Program-made: the position numbers and the translations under genes
In this document: in pieces, positions 8,768 through 18,051 of the stretch
Position numbering within the stretch: the stretch's first letter is position 1
How the letters are laid out: the number at the start of each line of letters is the position of its first letter
NCBI GenBank assembly: GCA_965372355.1
Contig: CBDVBZ010000003.1
Coordinates: 26,517 to 90,516, forward strand
Reading direction: 5' to 3'
DNA length: 64,000 bases
From: an uncultured bacterium
GTDB taxonomy: Bacteria > Krumholzibacteriota > Krumholzibacteriia > WVZY01
Notes under the pieces: generated by a model
What the model was told of the DNA's origin: nothing
What the model saw: the letters and a program-made list of their open reading frames with translations, nothing else
Databases searched by the model: none

Positions 8768-9718
8768 ATGAAGGTGCTGATTACGGGAATCACCGGTTTT
8801 GCGGGAAGCCATCTCGCCGACTACTGCCTTGCCCGGGGTGGTGTGGACGTCTACGGGATTATCCGGTGGCGGAGCAGGACCGAGAACATCGAACATTTTC
8901 GGGACAAGGTCTCGCTGCTGGAATGCGACCTTCGAGACGCGACCTCGACGCGCACTGTGATCGAGCAAATCAGGCCCGACTATATTTTTCACCTCGCGGC
9001 CCAGAGTTATGTGCCCACGAGCTGGCATGCACCCACCGAGAGCCTCACGACCAATGTGATCGGCCAACTCAATGTATTTGAGGCGGTTCGCAAGCTCGAT
9101 CTCGATTGCCGGATTCAGATTGCCGGTTCGAGCGAGGAGTACGGGATGGTGAACGAGGACGAGCTCCCAATCAATGAGAGCAACCCGCTTCGCCCGCTGA
9201 GCCCGTACGGTGTCAGCAAGGTCGGTCAGGATCTTCTGGGGTACCAGTACTTCATGAGCTATCAAATGGCGATCGTACGCACTCGCGGCTTCAACCATAC
9301 CGGGCCGCGCCGTCATCCGGTCTTTGTCGTTTCGGATTTCGCCAAACAGATCGTCGATATCGAGAACGGCCGCAAGGATCCAGTCATGTACGTCGGCAAC
9401 CTGGAGGCGACGCGCGACTTCACCGATGTCCGGGATATGGTGGTCGCATATTTTCTTGCTCTCGAGAAGGGCAGACCCGGGGAGGTCTATAACATTTGCT
9501 CCGAAAGCCACTGGACGATTCAAGAAGTCCTCGACAAGCTGCTCTCTCTGAGCGAGGTGAAGATCGAGGTCAAGCAGGATCCAGGGCGGTTGCGTCCTTC
9601 CGACGTACCGCGGCTTCTGGGCGACTGCTCGAAGTTCAAGAAGGACACGGGGTGGCAGCCCACGATACCGTTTGAAACCACTCTCAATGATATGCTCGCC
9701 TATTGGAGGCAAAGGTAG
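8768..9718 (+). CDS. GDP-mannose 4,6-dehydratase / RMD-like extended SDR
   Basis: GITGFAG, HLAAQSYV, SSEEYG, YGVSK, TRGFNHTGP, GNLEATRDFTDVRD. Confidence 0.85.
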   Translation: MKVLITGITGFAGSHLADYCLARGGVDVYGIIRWRSRTENIEHFRDKVSLLECDLRDATSTRTVIEQIRPDYIFHLAAQSYVPTSWHAPTESLTTNVIGQLNVFEAVRKLDLDCRIQIAGSSEEYGMVNEDELPINESNPLRPLSPYGVSKVGQDLLGYQYFMSYQMAIVRTRGFNHTGPRRHPVFVVSDFAKQIVDIENGRKDPVMYVGNLEATRDFTDVRDMVVAYFLALEKGRPGEVYNICSESHWTIQEVLDKLLSLSEVKIEVKQDPGRLRPSDVPRLLGDCSKFKKDTGWQPTIPFETTLNDMLAYWRQR

Positions 9719-9727
9719 GCGCGCACG

Positions 9728-10672
9728 GTGAAACGCGTACTGGTAACGGGATCCAGCGGTTTTGTCGGGCAGGTCCTCTCCGAAGTGATGGGGGTGGACG
9801 GGCTCGAGGTGTTGGGTGTGGATCGCCGGGAGAGCACTGCCGGCCGGTTCGCTCGCACATACGCCGTCGATTTGTGCGATCAGCAGGCGGTGGAGACGTT
9901 GTTGGGGGATGTGCGGCCGGATTACATCGTTCATCTCGCGGCGCAGTCCAGTGCCAGCCGCTCGTTCATGGAGCCCCACGCGACGATCCGCACCAACGTG
10001 CTCCCCGTTCTTCATATGCTCGAGTATCTGAGAACCAACACGGGCACGTGCACACGCCTGCTGGCCGTCGGATCGGCCGAGGTGTATGGTCCGGTTGATG
10101 ACGCGTCGCTGCCGCTCGTTGAGTCCATGCTGCCAAATCCCCGCAGCCCCTATGCCCTCAGCAAGTTGCTACAGGAACAGTGTTGCAGTCAGTACGCTTC
10201 GCTGTACGACGTCGATCTGGTGATGACTCGGAGTTTCAACCACACCGGCGCCGGTCAGACGGACACATTCGTGCTGTCGAGCTTCGCCAGGCAGATCACC
10301 GAGATCAAGGCCGGGACCAGAGATGCTACGGTGCATGTTGGAAACGTCGACGTGCGGAGGGATTTCACGGATGTGCGGGATGTCTGTCGCGCCTACACGC
10401 TGCTGCTCGAGAAGGGACGGCGGGGGAAGATCTACAACGTCTGTTCGGGCGTGTCACACAGCCTGCGGGAACTGCTCGAGAAGCTCGCCGAGATCGCGGG
10501 CATCGGGATAAAAATCGAAGTGGACAAAAGCCGTCTCCGTGCGGTCGATATCGCGGAACTCTACGGAGACAACAACCGTCTCGCGACCGACACGGGTTGG
10601 CAACCGGAGATACCGGTCGAAGACACATTGGCCGCACTCTTGCATTACTGGTCGCAGAACCTCGAACAGTGA
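9728..10672 (+). CDS. Second GDP-sugar SDR (RMD-like reductase), paralogue of upstream gene
   Basis: GSSGFVG, HLAAQS, SAEVYG, YALSK, RSFNHTG, RRDFTDVRD. Confidence 0.8.
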   Translation: MKRVLVTGSSGFVGQVLSEVMGVDGLEVLGVDRRESTAGRFARTYAVDLCDQQAVETLLGDVRPDYIVHLAAQSSASRSFMEPHATIRTNVLPVLHMLEYLRTNTGTCTRLLAVGSAEVYGPVDDASLPLVESMLPNPRSPYALSKLLQEQCCSQYASLYDVDLVMTRSFNHTGAGQTDTFVLSSFARQITEIKAGTRDATVHVGNVDVRRDFTDVRDVCRAYTLLLEKGRRGKIYNVCSGVSHSLRELLEKLAEIAGIGIKIEVDKSRLRAVDIAELYGDNNRLATDTGWQPEIPVEDTLAALLHYWSQNLEQ

Positions 10673-10683
10673 GTCGGGCACAA

Positions 10684-10782
10684 GCCGCGGGTGGTGTCGG
10701 TGTCCCCTCCGCAAGAGCGCAGCTTGCGAGCACTTGTGGGGTAGTCGACGACCCCCTCCCGGGGGCAGGCAGGACCCGTGGC
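10684..10782 (+). repeat. Structured intergenic repeat, copy B
   Basis: Terminal stem GCCGCGGGT/ACCCGTGGC (one G.U); core CCGCAAGAGCGCAGC...GACCCCCTCCCGGGGGCAGGCAGGAC. Confidence 0.85.
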
Positions 10783-10846
10783 CACGTGAGAAGCTGAGGC
10801 GACGAGGACAACATCGTCCCGGCGCCATGAACCGATGGGAGGGTAG

Positions 10847-12157
10847 ATGATAAGAATCTGTATGATAGGAACGGGGTATGTCGGTCTCGTCAGCGGATCG
10901 TGTCTGGCGGACTTCGGCAACATGGTCCGTTGTATCGATGTCGACGCCGATCGGATCAAGTTGCTCCAGAACGGCCATATCCCCATCTACGAGCCCGGGC
11001 TGGGTGATATGGTCGCGCGCAATGTGGCGAGCGGCCGGCTTTTCTTTAGCACCGATCTACAGGAGGCCGTCGAGCACTCAGAGGTGGTTTTCATTGCGGT
11101 CGGCACGCCCGCGCTGCCCGATGGTTCGACAGATCTGTCTTTCGTTTTCGAGGCCGCGAAGTCGATCGCGAAACTTCTCAACGGAAAGAAAGTCGTTGTC
11201 CAGAAGAGCACGGTCCCGGTGGGCGCGACGCGGCGGGTCGGCGAGCTCCTCAAAAAACATGGTCCCAAGGGGGTGGATGTCGAGATCGTGGCCAACCCCG
11301 AGTTTCTGCGGGAAGGGTCCGCAGTCGGGGACTTCCTGCGGCCGAACCGGGTGATCATCGGTGTGGAGGACGAGTGGGCACGCGAGGTCATGAGGAACGT
11401 CTACAGACCGCTCTATCTGATCGAGACGCCGATCGTCCTGACAACCCTGGAGACCGCCGAGCTGATCAAGTACGCGAGCAATGCGTACCTTGCCACAAAA
11501 ATCTCGTTCGTAAACGAAATGGCCGCGATAGCAGAGGCGGTTGACGCGAACATCGACGATGTGGTCAGGGGGATGGGTCTGGACGGAAGGATTGGACCCA
11601 AGTTTCTGCACGCGGGTGTTGGCTTCGGGGGCTCGTGTCTCCCCAAGGATGTATTGTCTCTCGTGCACCAGTCGAACACCGGTGGGGTCAAACCCGAAAT
11701 CCTCGAAGCGGTGCTGAGAGTAAACGCCCGTCTGGCGGGAGTGGCAGTGCGGAAGGTGAAGGAACAGCTCGGTGAACTCGATGGCAAGACGATCGGACTG
11801 CTCGGTCTTTCGTTCAAGCCGAACACCGACGACCTGCGTGAAGCCCCGTCCATTCGGATTGCCCATCAGCTGTTGGACGCGAAGGCGATGGTACGGGTCT
11901 TTGATCCGGCCGCGATGAGCCACTTCAAGGAAATCACTGGATTGGACGTGACATATTGCAAAGACGCGTACGACGCCGCACAGGGATGCAACGCGCTGGT
12001 TCTTGTCACGGAGTGGAACGAATTCAGAGTGCTCGATTTCGACCGTCTCAGGGAAATCGTGAAAGAGCCGGTATTCGTCGATTGCCGCAACGTCTACAAA
12101 CCTGATCATGTCACCACACACGGTTTTCGCTACAGCTCCTTTGGAAGAGGGAGATGA
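10847..12157 (+). CDS. ugd: UDP-glucose/GDP-mannose 6-dehydrogenase
   Basis: GTGYVG, NPEFLREG, KYASNAYLATKISF, GFGGSCLPKD, FKPNTDD. Confidence 0.92.
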   Translation: MIRICMIGTGYVGLVSGSCLADFGNMVRCIDVDADRIKLLQNGHIPIYEPGLGDMVARNVASGRLFFSTDLQEAVEHSEVVFIAVGTPALPDGSTDLSFVFEAAKSIAKLLNGKKVVVQKSTVPVGATRRVGELLKKHGPKGVDVEIVANPEFLREGSAVGDFLRPNRVIIGVEDEWAREVMRNVYRPLYLIETPIVLTTLETAELIKYASNAYLATKISFVNEMAAIAEAVDANIDDVVRGMGLDGRIGPKFLHAGVGFGGSCLPKDVLSLVHQSNTGGVKPEILEAVLRVNARLAGVAVRKVKEQLGELDGKTIGLLGLSFKPNTDDLREAPSIRIAHQLLDAKAMVRVFDPAAMSHFKEITGLDVTYCKDAYDAAQGCNALVLVTEWNEFRVLDFDRLREIVKEPVFVDCRNVYKPDHVTTHGFRYSSFGRGR

Positions 12158-12160
12158 TAC

Positions 12161-13198
12161 ATGCCGTTCTTCAAGTCGATCCTCGTGACCGGTGGCGCCG
12201 GTTTTATCGGATCGAACTTCGTGCGACATATCATGGCCCGCCATGCCGATTGCTCGGTCACCGTTCTCGATGCCCTGACATATGCGGGGAATGTCGAGAA
12301 CCTGGCGCTGGTGATCGGTGACGATCGTTTGAGGTTTATTGAAGGGTCCGTCACGGAGCCGGATCTCGTCCGACAAGCGATGGGCGGATGTGAGGCGGTT
12401 TTCAACTTTGCCGCGGAAACACACGTCGATCGCTCGATTCAGGAGGCGGGCTCGTTTATCCGCACCGACGTCCTGGGGACGTACACGCTTCTTCGCTCGG
12501 CGACCGATGCCGGTATCGAGCGGTTTGTGCAGATATCGACGGACGAGGTCTACGGGAGCGCCGTCGACGAGGACTTTACCGAGGCCTCACCGCTTAAGCC
12601 CGGGAATCCCTACTCGGCGAGCAAGAGCGGTGGCGATTTGATGTGCCAGGCGTTTGTCAACACATTCGAGTTGCCTGTGGTCATCACGAGGAGCTCCAAT
12701 AATTTTGGCCCGTACCAGCACATCGAGAAGTTCATGTCGCTATTTATCACGAACACTATCGAGGGTAAGGATCTGCCGCTGTACGGCGACGGGTTGCACC
12801 GCCGCGACTGGATCTACGTCGAGGATAACTGCGCTGCGATCGAGTTGATCGCTACGGAGGGAAAGGTTGGCGACGTGTACAACATCGCGGCGGGGGAGAG
12901 CCGGACCAACCTCGAGGTGGCCGAGAAGATCGTAGACATTCTCGACGCGCCCAGATCGAGGATTGTCTTTATTGAAGATCGAAAAGGTCACGACCGGGCC
13001 TACGAGATGGATAGCTCGAAGCTCCGACAACTGGGTTGGAAACCCGCCCACCGCTTCGAAGAAGCGCTCGAAGAGACCGTGGTTTGGTACCGGGACAACG
13101 AGGAGTGGTGGAGGCGTGTGAAGTCGGGCGCTTTCCGCGAGTACTACAAACAGCACTATGGCGAGCGAATCAAGCGGGGGAAAAAGCATGGCGTATAA
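12161..13198 (+). CDS. rfbB: dTDP-glucose 4,6-dehydratase
   Basis: GGAGFIGSNF, FAAETHVDRSI, STDEVYG, PYSASK, DRKGHDRAY. Confidence 0.92.
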   Translation: MPFFKSILVTGGAGFIGSNFVRHIMARHADCSVTVLDALTYAGNVENLALVIGDDRLRFIEGSVTEPDLVRQAMGGCEAVFNFAAETHVDRSIQEAGSFIRTDVLGTYTLLRSATDAGIERFVQISTDEVYGSAVDEDFTEASPLKPGNPYSASKSGGDLMCQAFVNTFELPVVITRSSNNFGPYQHIEKFMSLFITNTIEGKDLPLYGDGLHRRDWIYVEDNCAAIELIATEGKVGDVYNIAAGESRTNLEVAEKIVDILDAPRSRIVFIEDRKGHDRAYEMDSSKLRQLGWKPAHRFEEALEETVVWYRDNEEWWRRVKSGAFREYYKQHYGERIKRGKKHGV

Positions 13199-14279
13199 GG
13201 TTCTGGCCGTGGTCGGAGCGCGGCCCAACTACATGAAGATGGCGCCGATCTGGCGCGCGCTCGAGAAACAGGAGCATGTGACAAAACGTCTGGTTCACAC
13301 TGGCCAGCACTACGATCACAACATGTCCAAGATCTTTTTTGACGAGCTCGAGCTTCCCAAGCCGGATGTCTATCTTGGCGTGGGGTCGGGGTCTCACGGC
13401 GAACAGACCGCGAAGGTCATGGTCGAGATAGAGAAGGTCCTGATGGAAGAGCGTCCACAGCTTCTCGTTGTGGTGGGTGACGTGAACTCGACGATGGCCG
13501 GTGCGCTCGTCGCCGCTAAACTCGGAGTGCCGATCGCGCACGTCGAAGCGGGGTTGCGGAGTCGCGACCGCACGATGCCCGAAGAGATCAATCGAATGGT
13601 CACCGACATTCTGGCGGATCTGCTGTTTACAACGGAAGCCAGTGCCGAGCACAACCTGACAGCGGAGGGCATTGACAGAGAAAAGATCCATTTCGTCGGC
13701 AACGTGATGATCGACAGCCTCATGTTTTACCGGCCCATGGCCGAACGGTCGGCGATTCTCGACGATCTGGGGTTGAAGCGCCAGGGGTACGGGCTGATCA
13801 CGCTGCATCGTCCCTCGAACGTGGACGATCCCGCGACGTTCGAGCCGATCCTTCGAGTGCTCAAGGAGTTGGGTAAGGAGTGCCCTCTCGTATTTCCGGC
13901 GCACCCGCGAACCCGAAAGGTGATCGAAAACAGCGGGATAAAGATCGAGGGTGGAGAGATCACGATGATCGATCCGGTGGGATACCTCGATTTCGTCAAG
14001 CTGATGCTGCACTCGAGAATCGTCCTCACCGATTCCGGCGGTATACAGGAAGAAACGACGGTGCTCGGGATACCCTGTCTGACGATCCGCGAGAACACCG
14101 AACGGCCGATCACGATCGACATAGGTACCAACCGGCTGGTTGGCACAAACCCCGATCGGATACTGACAGAAGGTCGTAATGCGCTTCAGGCTGGCACGTC
14201 GTCGGGGAAGATACCGGAGCTTTGGGACGGGAAGGCAGCCGAACGAATTGTGAAGGTTATCGATGAGTTCTGCCTATGA
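13188..14279 (+). CDS. wecB: UDP-N-acetylglucosamine 2-epimerase (non-hydrolysing)
   Basis: GARPNYMK, HTGQHYD, HVEAGLRS, PEEINR, TDSGGIQEE. Confidence 0.93.
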   Translation: MAYKVLAVVGARPNYMKMAPIWRALEKQEHVTKRLVHTGQHYDHNMSKIFFDELELPKPDVYLGVGSGSHGEQTAKVMVEIEKVLMEERPQLLVVVGDVNSTMAGALVAAKLGVPIAHVEAGLRSRDRTMPEEINRMVTDILADLLFTTEASAEHNLTAEGIDREKIHFVGNVMIDSLMFYRPMAERSAILDDLGLKRQGYGLITLHRPSNVDDPATFEPILRVLKELGKECPLVFPAHPRTRKVIENSGIKIEGGEITMIDPVGYLDFVKLMLHSRIVLTDSGGIQEETTVLGIPCLTIRENTERPITIDIGTNRLVGTNPDRILTEGRNALQAGTSSGKIPELWDGKAAERIVKVIDEFCL

Positions 14280-15784
14280 AGTACGAGGGATCCAGTTGGT
14301 CGTTTGAGGACAGCTCGCTGGGGCGGAGTTTTCTGTGGGGCCTGGCGATCACCGCTCTACCGGCTGCATCCGGTTTTGTCGTCTCCTGGGTTATCGCGCG
14401 ATGGGCCGGTCCCGGTGTCATGGGGACCGTTTCGTGGGTCATGTCGTATGCCACGGCGGTTCTCATCGTCGGTAAATTCGGGCTGGACCTCGCGGCCTCC
14501 CGCCTGGCAAGCGAGTATGGTGTCGCCTCCCCGGGGACACTCCGCCCGTTGTTCGCGAAGGCTCTCGGTCTTCGGGCCGCGTTCACGCTCCCCGTCGCAC
14601 TCCTGACACTCGTTTTTGCCCCGCAAATCGCGCAGTTTTTCCCCGATTCTGATCTGACGAACGCGATCCGGGTCGGGGCGCTGATCGTCGTCTGTGCAAG
14701 TGTCTACGAATTCAACGAGAACTTCCTGATCGGTCTGAATCGTCTGGCAACCGTTTACAGGATCCGCGCGGTACATCTGGTCTCGAGAGTCGCGGCGACG
14801 GCCGTGCTCGTTTTTCTCGGGTTTGGCGCCGTTGCCGTTCTCGGCGGATACTGTGGGGCGTGGCTCCTCGCGATCGCCGTCTACGCGGTGCTGCTCCATC
14901 GATACCTGCCCGCTTCTGACCCTTCGAGCGACCGCGCCGATGTCGGGAGGTTGCTCACGCTCAGTGTGGCCCTGGCGGTGAGCAGCGCTTCTGTGACGAT
15001 CTATTCTCACATGGACAGACTCCTGCTGGGGTATTTCTCCGGGATGGAGGAGCTTGGCCAGTACGCCGTGGCCCGGAACATCACGGAGGTGTCTCTCTTT
15101 CCCGTCTTCGCCATGGTGATGATGCTTCGACCGGCGCTGGCCGCCCGGTTTTCCACAGGCCGCGTGTCCGAGTGCGCCGATATCATCCGGTATTCCATTC
15201 GGTTCTGTTTTGTGATCGGCGTCCTGTTTTCGGCGATTTTCGTTGCACTCGGAGCCGATCTGGTCACGTTCGTCTATTCGGATGCCTTCCTGCCGGCCGG
15301 TCGGCTCATGGTCTTCTTCGTCGGGGTCGTGCTTGCCCGATCCATCGGAGCCGTGCTCCTGCCCGCCCTGATCGCAGCCGATATGACACGTGTATATGCT
15401 TATTTAACAGCAGGATCGGCCGTTCTTCATTTTTCTCTCAATCTCTTCCTCATCCCCCGTTACCAGTCCCGGGGGGCGATAGTCACCACAATCATCTCCT
15501 ACGGCCTCCTCCTCGCCGTCGGGTTGGGTGTCATGCTGGCCAAGTATCGAATTCCCATCCGCTTGGCCGCATTCTCCATCGCTGCTCGCACGATTCTTGC
15601 TGGATGCATCGCAACCGCCGTCGTCTGGCTGTTGGCAGATCGAGCCGAACCGCTTTCGTGGGTGGCACTGGTGTGGGCGGTGCTCCTTCTGGGGCTGTAT
15701 CTGTTTTTGATTTATGTGCTTCGCGTGGTGACTTTTAGCGATCTTAGTAAACTGTTCAGTAACCTAAGTAAACAAAAGAGATAA
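14276..15784 (+). CDS. Wzx-type oligosaccharide flippase (MOP superfamily)
   Basis: ~12-14 TM segments, MDRLLLGYF...GQYAVA motif, location in sugar cluster. Confidence 0.85.
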   Translation: MKYEGSSWSFEDSSLGRSFLWGLAITALPAASGFVVSWVIARWAGPGVMGTVSWVMSYATAVLIVGKFGLDLAASRLASEYGVASPGTLRPLFAKALGLRAAFTLPVALLTLVFAPQIAQFFPDSDLTNAIRVGALIVVCASVYEFNENFLIGLNRLATVYRIRAVHLVSRVAATAVLVFLGFGAVAVLGGYCGAWLLAIAVYAVLLHRYLPASDPSSDRADVGRLLTLSVALAVSSASVTIYSHMDRLLLGYFSGMEELGQYAVARNITEVSLFPVFAMVMMLRPALAARFSTGRVSECADIIRYSIRFCFVIGVLFSAIFVALGADLVTFVYSDAFLPAGRLMVFFVGVVLARSIGAVLLPALIAADMTRVYAYLTAGSAVLHFSLNLFLIPRYQSRGAIVTTIISYGLLLAVGLGVMLAKYRIPIRLAAFSIAARTILAGCIATAVVWLLADRAEPLSWVALVWAVLLLGLYLFLIYVLRVVTFSDLSKLFSNLSKQKR

Positions 15785-15796
15785 GCGCATTTGCGC

Positions 15797-15825
15797 TTGA
15801 CTTTCTCAGCTTTCTGGGGTAATCT
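15797..15825 (+). promoter_or_regulatory. sigma70 promoter of the WecA-like gene
   Basis: TTGACT-N17-TAATCT, then GGAGG RBS before TTG 15885. Confidence 0.65.
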
Positions 15826-15884
15826 CACGCGAGGAAGGTATGGCACCAGCGTTCCCCCAATGAGCACCCCCCACTGGAGGAATC

Positions 15885-16964
15885 TTGTTTTTGCTCCACG
15901 CATCGATGGCATTTATCATCTCTTTCGGCATTGTCGCGGTCGCGACTCCGTTTATCCGAAGACTCGCCCTGCGCTGGAAGCTCGGCCAAAAACCCAATGG
16001 CCGCAAAGTATGCTCGCATACGATTCCCCACGTCGGCGGAATCGGAATAGCCGTTGGGACGTTGGTTAGCATTTCACTGGCCGGTCTGCTGTTCGACGGG
16101 GGCGAGAGCGGGACTCTCGGGTTACTCGGACGCATGTTGCTACCGGTCGTTCTGATTGTTGCCCTGGGCGTCGCCGACGACACGAAGTCGCTGCGGGCGG
16201 GTCAGAAGTTGACGATCCAGGTTTTTTCTGCAGTCATCCTCGTGTTTTCGGGGATTCAGTTGTTCACAGGCTTCCGACTCCTGGATCAAACTTCGCTTTT
16301 CGCGCTCCTGTTTACGTGCTTCTACCTGGTGGGGATTTCCAGTTCGGTTAATCTGATCGATGGCCTCGATGGTTTGGCCGGTGGTCTATCGGCGATCTCG
16401 GCGGGCACGTTTGGCGTGCTCGCGATACTCGTCGGCGCACAACCGCTTCTGTTTGTGTCGCTCGCCGTTGCGGGCGCGTGCATCGGTTTCTTGATATACA
16501 ACTTTCCCCCCGGCAAGATTTACATGGGTGACACGGGCAGTATGTTTCTGGGTCTCGTCCTCGGGGTCATTGCGTGCTATTTCACAATGCTGCAACCCAC
16601 TATCAATACATTTGTTGGCGTGGGGCTGATCCTGATCATCCCGATGGCGGATTCCTGGTTGGCGATCGCAAGACGACTGGCGCTCCACACGCCTGTGTTT
16701 CAGGCAGACTCGCTTCACATGCACCACGTGTTGTTGCTGCTTGGTTTGTCTCCGCGGCAGACGCTGGCGATTCTCTATTCCATGCAAGCGGTTATGGCGA
16801 TTCTCGGGGTCCTCACGGTGAAGGGTCTGATGATACCGATGATCCTGGGTTTCGTTCTTGTCGGCCTGATCTTCATCTCCTTCATCCGCATCATGGTGGC
16901 GTCGAAGGAGCGGAGTGAGACGGTGTCGGCCAAACTTGCCTCGGTTCCTTCTCTCGAAAAATAG
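15885..16964 (+). CDS. WecA/TagO (MraY-family) polyprenyl-phosphate HexNAc-1-P transferase
   Basis: IPHVGGIGI, GVADDTK, VNLIDGLDGLAGG, NFPPGKIYMGDTGS, LHMHHVL. Confidence 0.9.
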   Translation: MFLLHASMAFIISFGIVAVATPFIRRLALRWKLGQKPNGRKVCSHTIPHVGGIGIAVGTLVSISLAGLLFDGGESGTLGLLGRMLLPVVLIVALGVADDTKSLRAGQKLTIQVFSAVILVFSGIQLFTGFRLLDQTSLFALLFTCFYLVGISSSVNLIDGLDGLAGGLSAISAGTFGVLAILVGAQPLLFVSLAVAGACIGFLIYNFPPGKIYMGDTGSMFLGLVLGVIACYFTMLQPTINTFVGVGLILIIPMADSWLAIARRLALHTPVFQADSLHMHHVLLLLGLSPRQTLAILYSMQAVMAILGVLTVKGLMIPMILGFVLVGLIFISFIRIMVASKERSETVSAKLASVPSLEK

Positions 16965-17091
16965 TTTCCACCGCGCGAGAAGTTTCATGCTAGACTTAGT
17001 CCGTTGACGATTGGGCTGTGTGTGTGCTACGTTTTGGATTCGTTCCTTCTTTCTTTTTCTAACAGACGACTCATTCTTTGGGAGTAAAGTT

Positions 17092-18015
17092 GTGACGACG
17101 GCTACTCGTTGTCGAATAGCAGGTGACCTCGATTACCTCTCCAAGTTGCAGCTCGAGGAAGTCTCGCAGACGCTCAAAGAACATCATCCGAAGCTAGCCA
17201 TCGAACTCGTTGAAGACGAAGTTGGAGACCCGGCTGGCATCAGCGATGAGCAGCCCAACTCGCCGAGCAGAATCGCATTCTTGATGAGCCAGCTTCTTGG
17301 CGGGAAGTTTGACGCGCTCGTCTTGAACGCCGCGCATCTGCCCACAAGGCTGCCCGATGGTCTGACGATCGGAGCGGTTACGAATCGTCTCACTCCGTTT
17401 GATGTCCTGATCTCGACGGACGACTGCATACTCGACGAGCTACCCGAAAACGCGGCCGTGATAGCGAATGAGTTGCGACGGGAAGCGCAGCTCCTCTACT
17501 ATCGGTCGGATCTCAAAATGGTCCGCGCGAAGGGGAGCATCGACTCGATCATCCAGAAGGTCAAGAACGGCAAAGTCGACGCGGCGATTCTGGCAGCGGG
17601 GGACGTCGAGCGGTTGCAGAAGCAGGACCACGTGGCGGATTTCCTCAACTGCTCGATATGTATACCGGCGGCCGGTCAAGGATCGCTAGCCGTTCAGGTA
17701 CGATCGGACGACGAACAAGCCAAGAAATCGATCCGCGCGATAAACGACCCCGCGTCATACGCAGAGATAACCGCCGAGTGGGCGTTTCTCGATTTCTTGG
17801 GGATCCACGTCGACGCCCCGGTCGGTGTGTTGGGGAGCGTCGAGGGGAACAAGCTCGAGCTTGAGGGAATGGTGGCGTTGCCCGATGGGCGCGAGCGAAC
17901 TCGAGAGATCGTCAAGGGCTCGGTCGGTCACGAAATCGAGTTGGGCAAGAAACTCGCCGCCGAGATTCTCGAGTCCGGCGGGAGGACGATGTTGCAGGAG
18001 TTGGATCTTCTTTAA
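17092..18015 (+). CDS. HemC (hydroxymethylbilane synthase) fold protein lacking catalytic residues
   Basis: Colinear with HemC (LRREAQL, DAAILAA, IPAAGQGSLAV, TAEWAFL, PDG) but HSMKD->LNAAH and EGGC->GIHV; GTG with GGGAG RBS. Confidence 0.85.
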   Translation: MTTATRCRIAGDLDYLSKLQLEEVSQTLKEHHPKLAIELVEDEVGDPAGISDEQPNSPSRIAFLMSQLLGGKFDALVLNAAHLPTRLPDGLTIGAVTNRLTPFDVLISTDDCILDELPENAAVIANELRREAQLLYYRSDLKMVRAKGSIDSIIQKVKNGKVDAAILAAGDVERLQKQDHVADFLNCSICIPAAGQGSLAVQVRSDDEQAKKSIRAINDPASYAEITAEWAFLDFLGIHVDAPVGVLGSVEGNKLELEGMVALPDGRERTREIVKGSVGHEIELGKKLAAEILESGGRTMLQELDLL

Positions 18016-18051
18016 TCCCCTTTCCGATTATCCCAGGAGAGCAGAAGGACA

